A stretch of DNA of 16,859 bases from Candidatus Oleincola secundus. Its GTDB lineage: Bacteria; Atribacterota; Phoenicimicrobiia; Phoenicimicrobiales; Stramentimicrobiaceae. The notes beneath the pieces were generated by a model. The model did not search any database, was not told the DNA's origin, and was given only the letters and a program-made list of their open reading frames with translations. The DNA lies in contig JAGYLS010000038.1 in the NCBI GenBank assembly GCA_018400815.1, positions 1 to 16,859 on the forward strand, given 5' to 3'. Within the stretch, counting starts at the first letter, position 1. Each line of letters opens with the position of its first letter. Positions 15,680 to 16,859 of this stretch are shown in pieces. The translations under genes and the position numbers were made by a program.

Positions 15680-16276
15680 TTATTTTTTGCCCGGACAAAG
15701 CCAATAACCAAGCAAGCTAGCAGCAATCAGCCCAAATATAGGGTGCATACCAAAAACACCTATTACCAAGATTCCTGTAGCACAAACAATAAAATGTGGC
15801 CATCTTCGTAGCAATCTTCTGCTAAAAACAAAACTGGCAAACCCCAATTGTCCAAGCACGGCAATTGCACAGCCACGTAAAAAATTTACCACCGTAGGAT
15901 GATAAAAAAAGGGGAATAAGATAGTGACAATAAAAAGTATAATAATAAAAGAAGGAAGAATTACGCCAAGAATTGCCAAAATCAACCCTCTTTTCCCACC
16001 TAAACGTTGCCCCAGTAAATAAGCAATATTTACAGCAATAGCACCGGGAATAACAGTTGCTAGAGCTACTATAGAACAAAAATCAGAATCCTTCACCCAA
16101 TGTCGCTTAATAACCAGCTCATGTCTCATTACCGGTGACATCGCCAGGCCACCACCTAAAGTTAATAGGCCAATTCTAAAAAATGTCCAAAAAATATCCA
16201 GAAGTGGAATGTTTTTTTCTTCTTTATCTAGCTCATTGCATCGGATATTATTATTAGAAATCATATTTTTCACCAT
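15680..16276 (-). CDS. chrA: Short-chain chromate ion transporter (CHR family), first subunit
   Basis: FFRIGLLTLGGG, ELVIKRHWV, LATVIPGAIAVN..LG..LGG, GVILPSF; tandem with the second half-size gene. Exact start uncertain. Confidence 0.9.
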   Translation of the reverse strand: MVKNMISNNNIRCNELDKEEKNIPLLDIFWTFFRIGLLTLGGGLAMSPVMRHELVIKRHWVKDSDFCSIVALATVIPGAIAVNIAYLLGQRLGGKRGLILAILGVILPSFIIILFIVTILFPFFYHPTVVNFLRGCAIAVLGQLGFASFVFSRRLLRRWPHFIVCATGILVIGVFGMHPIFGLIAASLLGYWLCPGKK

Positions 16277-16470
16277 TATTTTTTATAGAATTACTATTTT
16301 TAAATTATCTTTACCCTGCTAGAAATGTAAGAACAGGTTGATTATCCTAAAATTATAATAAAACCAGCTAACCTAAACCATTTACTTTTTATTTTTGATA
16401 TTATATATTCTTCTGCTGAACAATACCCATATTTATTTATGAAAATTTGCTTAATTAAAAAATAATAAGA

Positions 16471-16859
16471 TTATTTTTTTCGAAATGGACAATTGCTTAA
16501 CAGACAATATTGGCAGGAAAATTCATCACGGTAGGTATTAATTAAATTATGACCTATCCCGCGAATCCAGGAAAGAGATTTAGTCGGATTCATCATAAAA
16601 GAAGGATTCAGTGTTATACCAATTATTTCGGGCCTGAGGATTTCAAAAATTTGTTTCTGTTCCTTTATATCCCAATCACCGGAACCTGGCTCAAAATAAC
16701 GGGAAAACTTAAGGTCTTCCCGGGAGTTCTTTTCTTCAATAAAGTGATTAAGCCATTGACCAGCAGTTTTCACAGCGACTGTTCCTGCTGCATCTAACAC
16801 CATTGCTCTTACATGGTTACCCTGTCGAAAATTTTCTTTTACAGCCTTCTCGGTCTTTA
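16471..16859 (-). CDS. Stand-alone vitamin B12-dependent methionine synthase activation domain-like protein, C-terminal part; starts beyond the right edge
   Basis: Frame is open from the window edge (KTEKAVKENFRQGNHVRA-MVLDAAGTVAV...). Contains R..EPGSGDW...EQ..IF, IGITLN.SFMM.P.KSLS..G and a C-terminal CxxC-x4-C.FR tail typical of these stand-alone proteins. Confidence 0.75.
   Translation of the reverse strand, partial: KTEKAVKENFRQGNHVRAMVLDAAGTVAVKTAGQWLNHFIEEKNSREDLKFSRYFEPGSGDWDIKEQKQIFEILRPEIIGITLNPSFMMNPTKSLSWIRGIGHNLINTYRDEFSCQYCLLSNCPFRKK

Noticed and set aside
15280..16797. ORFs 15280-15513 (+), 15822-16079 (-, Cys-rich) and 16549-16797 (+)
   Set aside because: Overlap the CHR and activation-domain genes; the Cys richness is a frame-shift artefact of hydrophobic codons.

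Overview
Low-GC genomic DNA, probably from an anaerobic bacterium with Firmicute-like gene organisation and Shine-Dalgarno usage (exact lineage not determinable here). All credible genes are on the minus strand. In transcription order (right to left): a truncated stand-alone B12 methionine-synthase activation-domain-like gene; a pair of short-chain chromate-transporter (CHR) genes; a de novo purine operon purE-purC-purS-purQ-purL-purL'-purF-[802 bp repeat-rich spacer]-purM-purN; then a cdaR / glycerate kinase / TRAP solute-binding protein catabolic module. The purine operon has a sigma70/sigmaA promoter and a tandem guanine + PRPP (ykkC subtype 2b) riboswitch sharing one terminator. Most notable: (1) two full-length tandem small-type PurL paralogs, the second with an altered FGAR-binding loop; (2) a two-input riboswitch whose purine aptamer deviates from consensus in the core; (3) an intra-operon spacer built from heptamer-periodic direct and inverted repeats with nested REP-like and BoxC-like palindromes; (4) a repeat shared between that spacer and the purE promoter region; (5) a long-form PurC resembling archaeal types. 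All protein and RNA family calls come from motif recognition by eye, not database searches.
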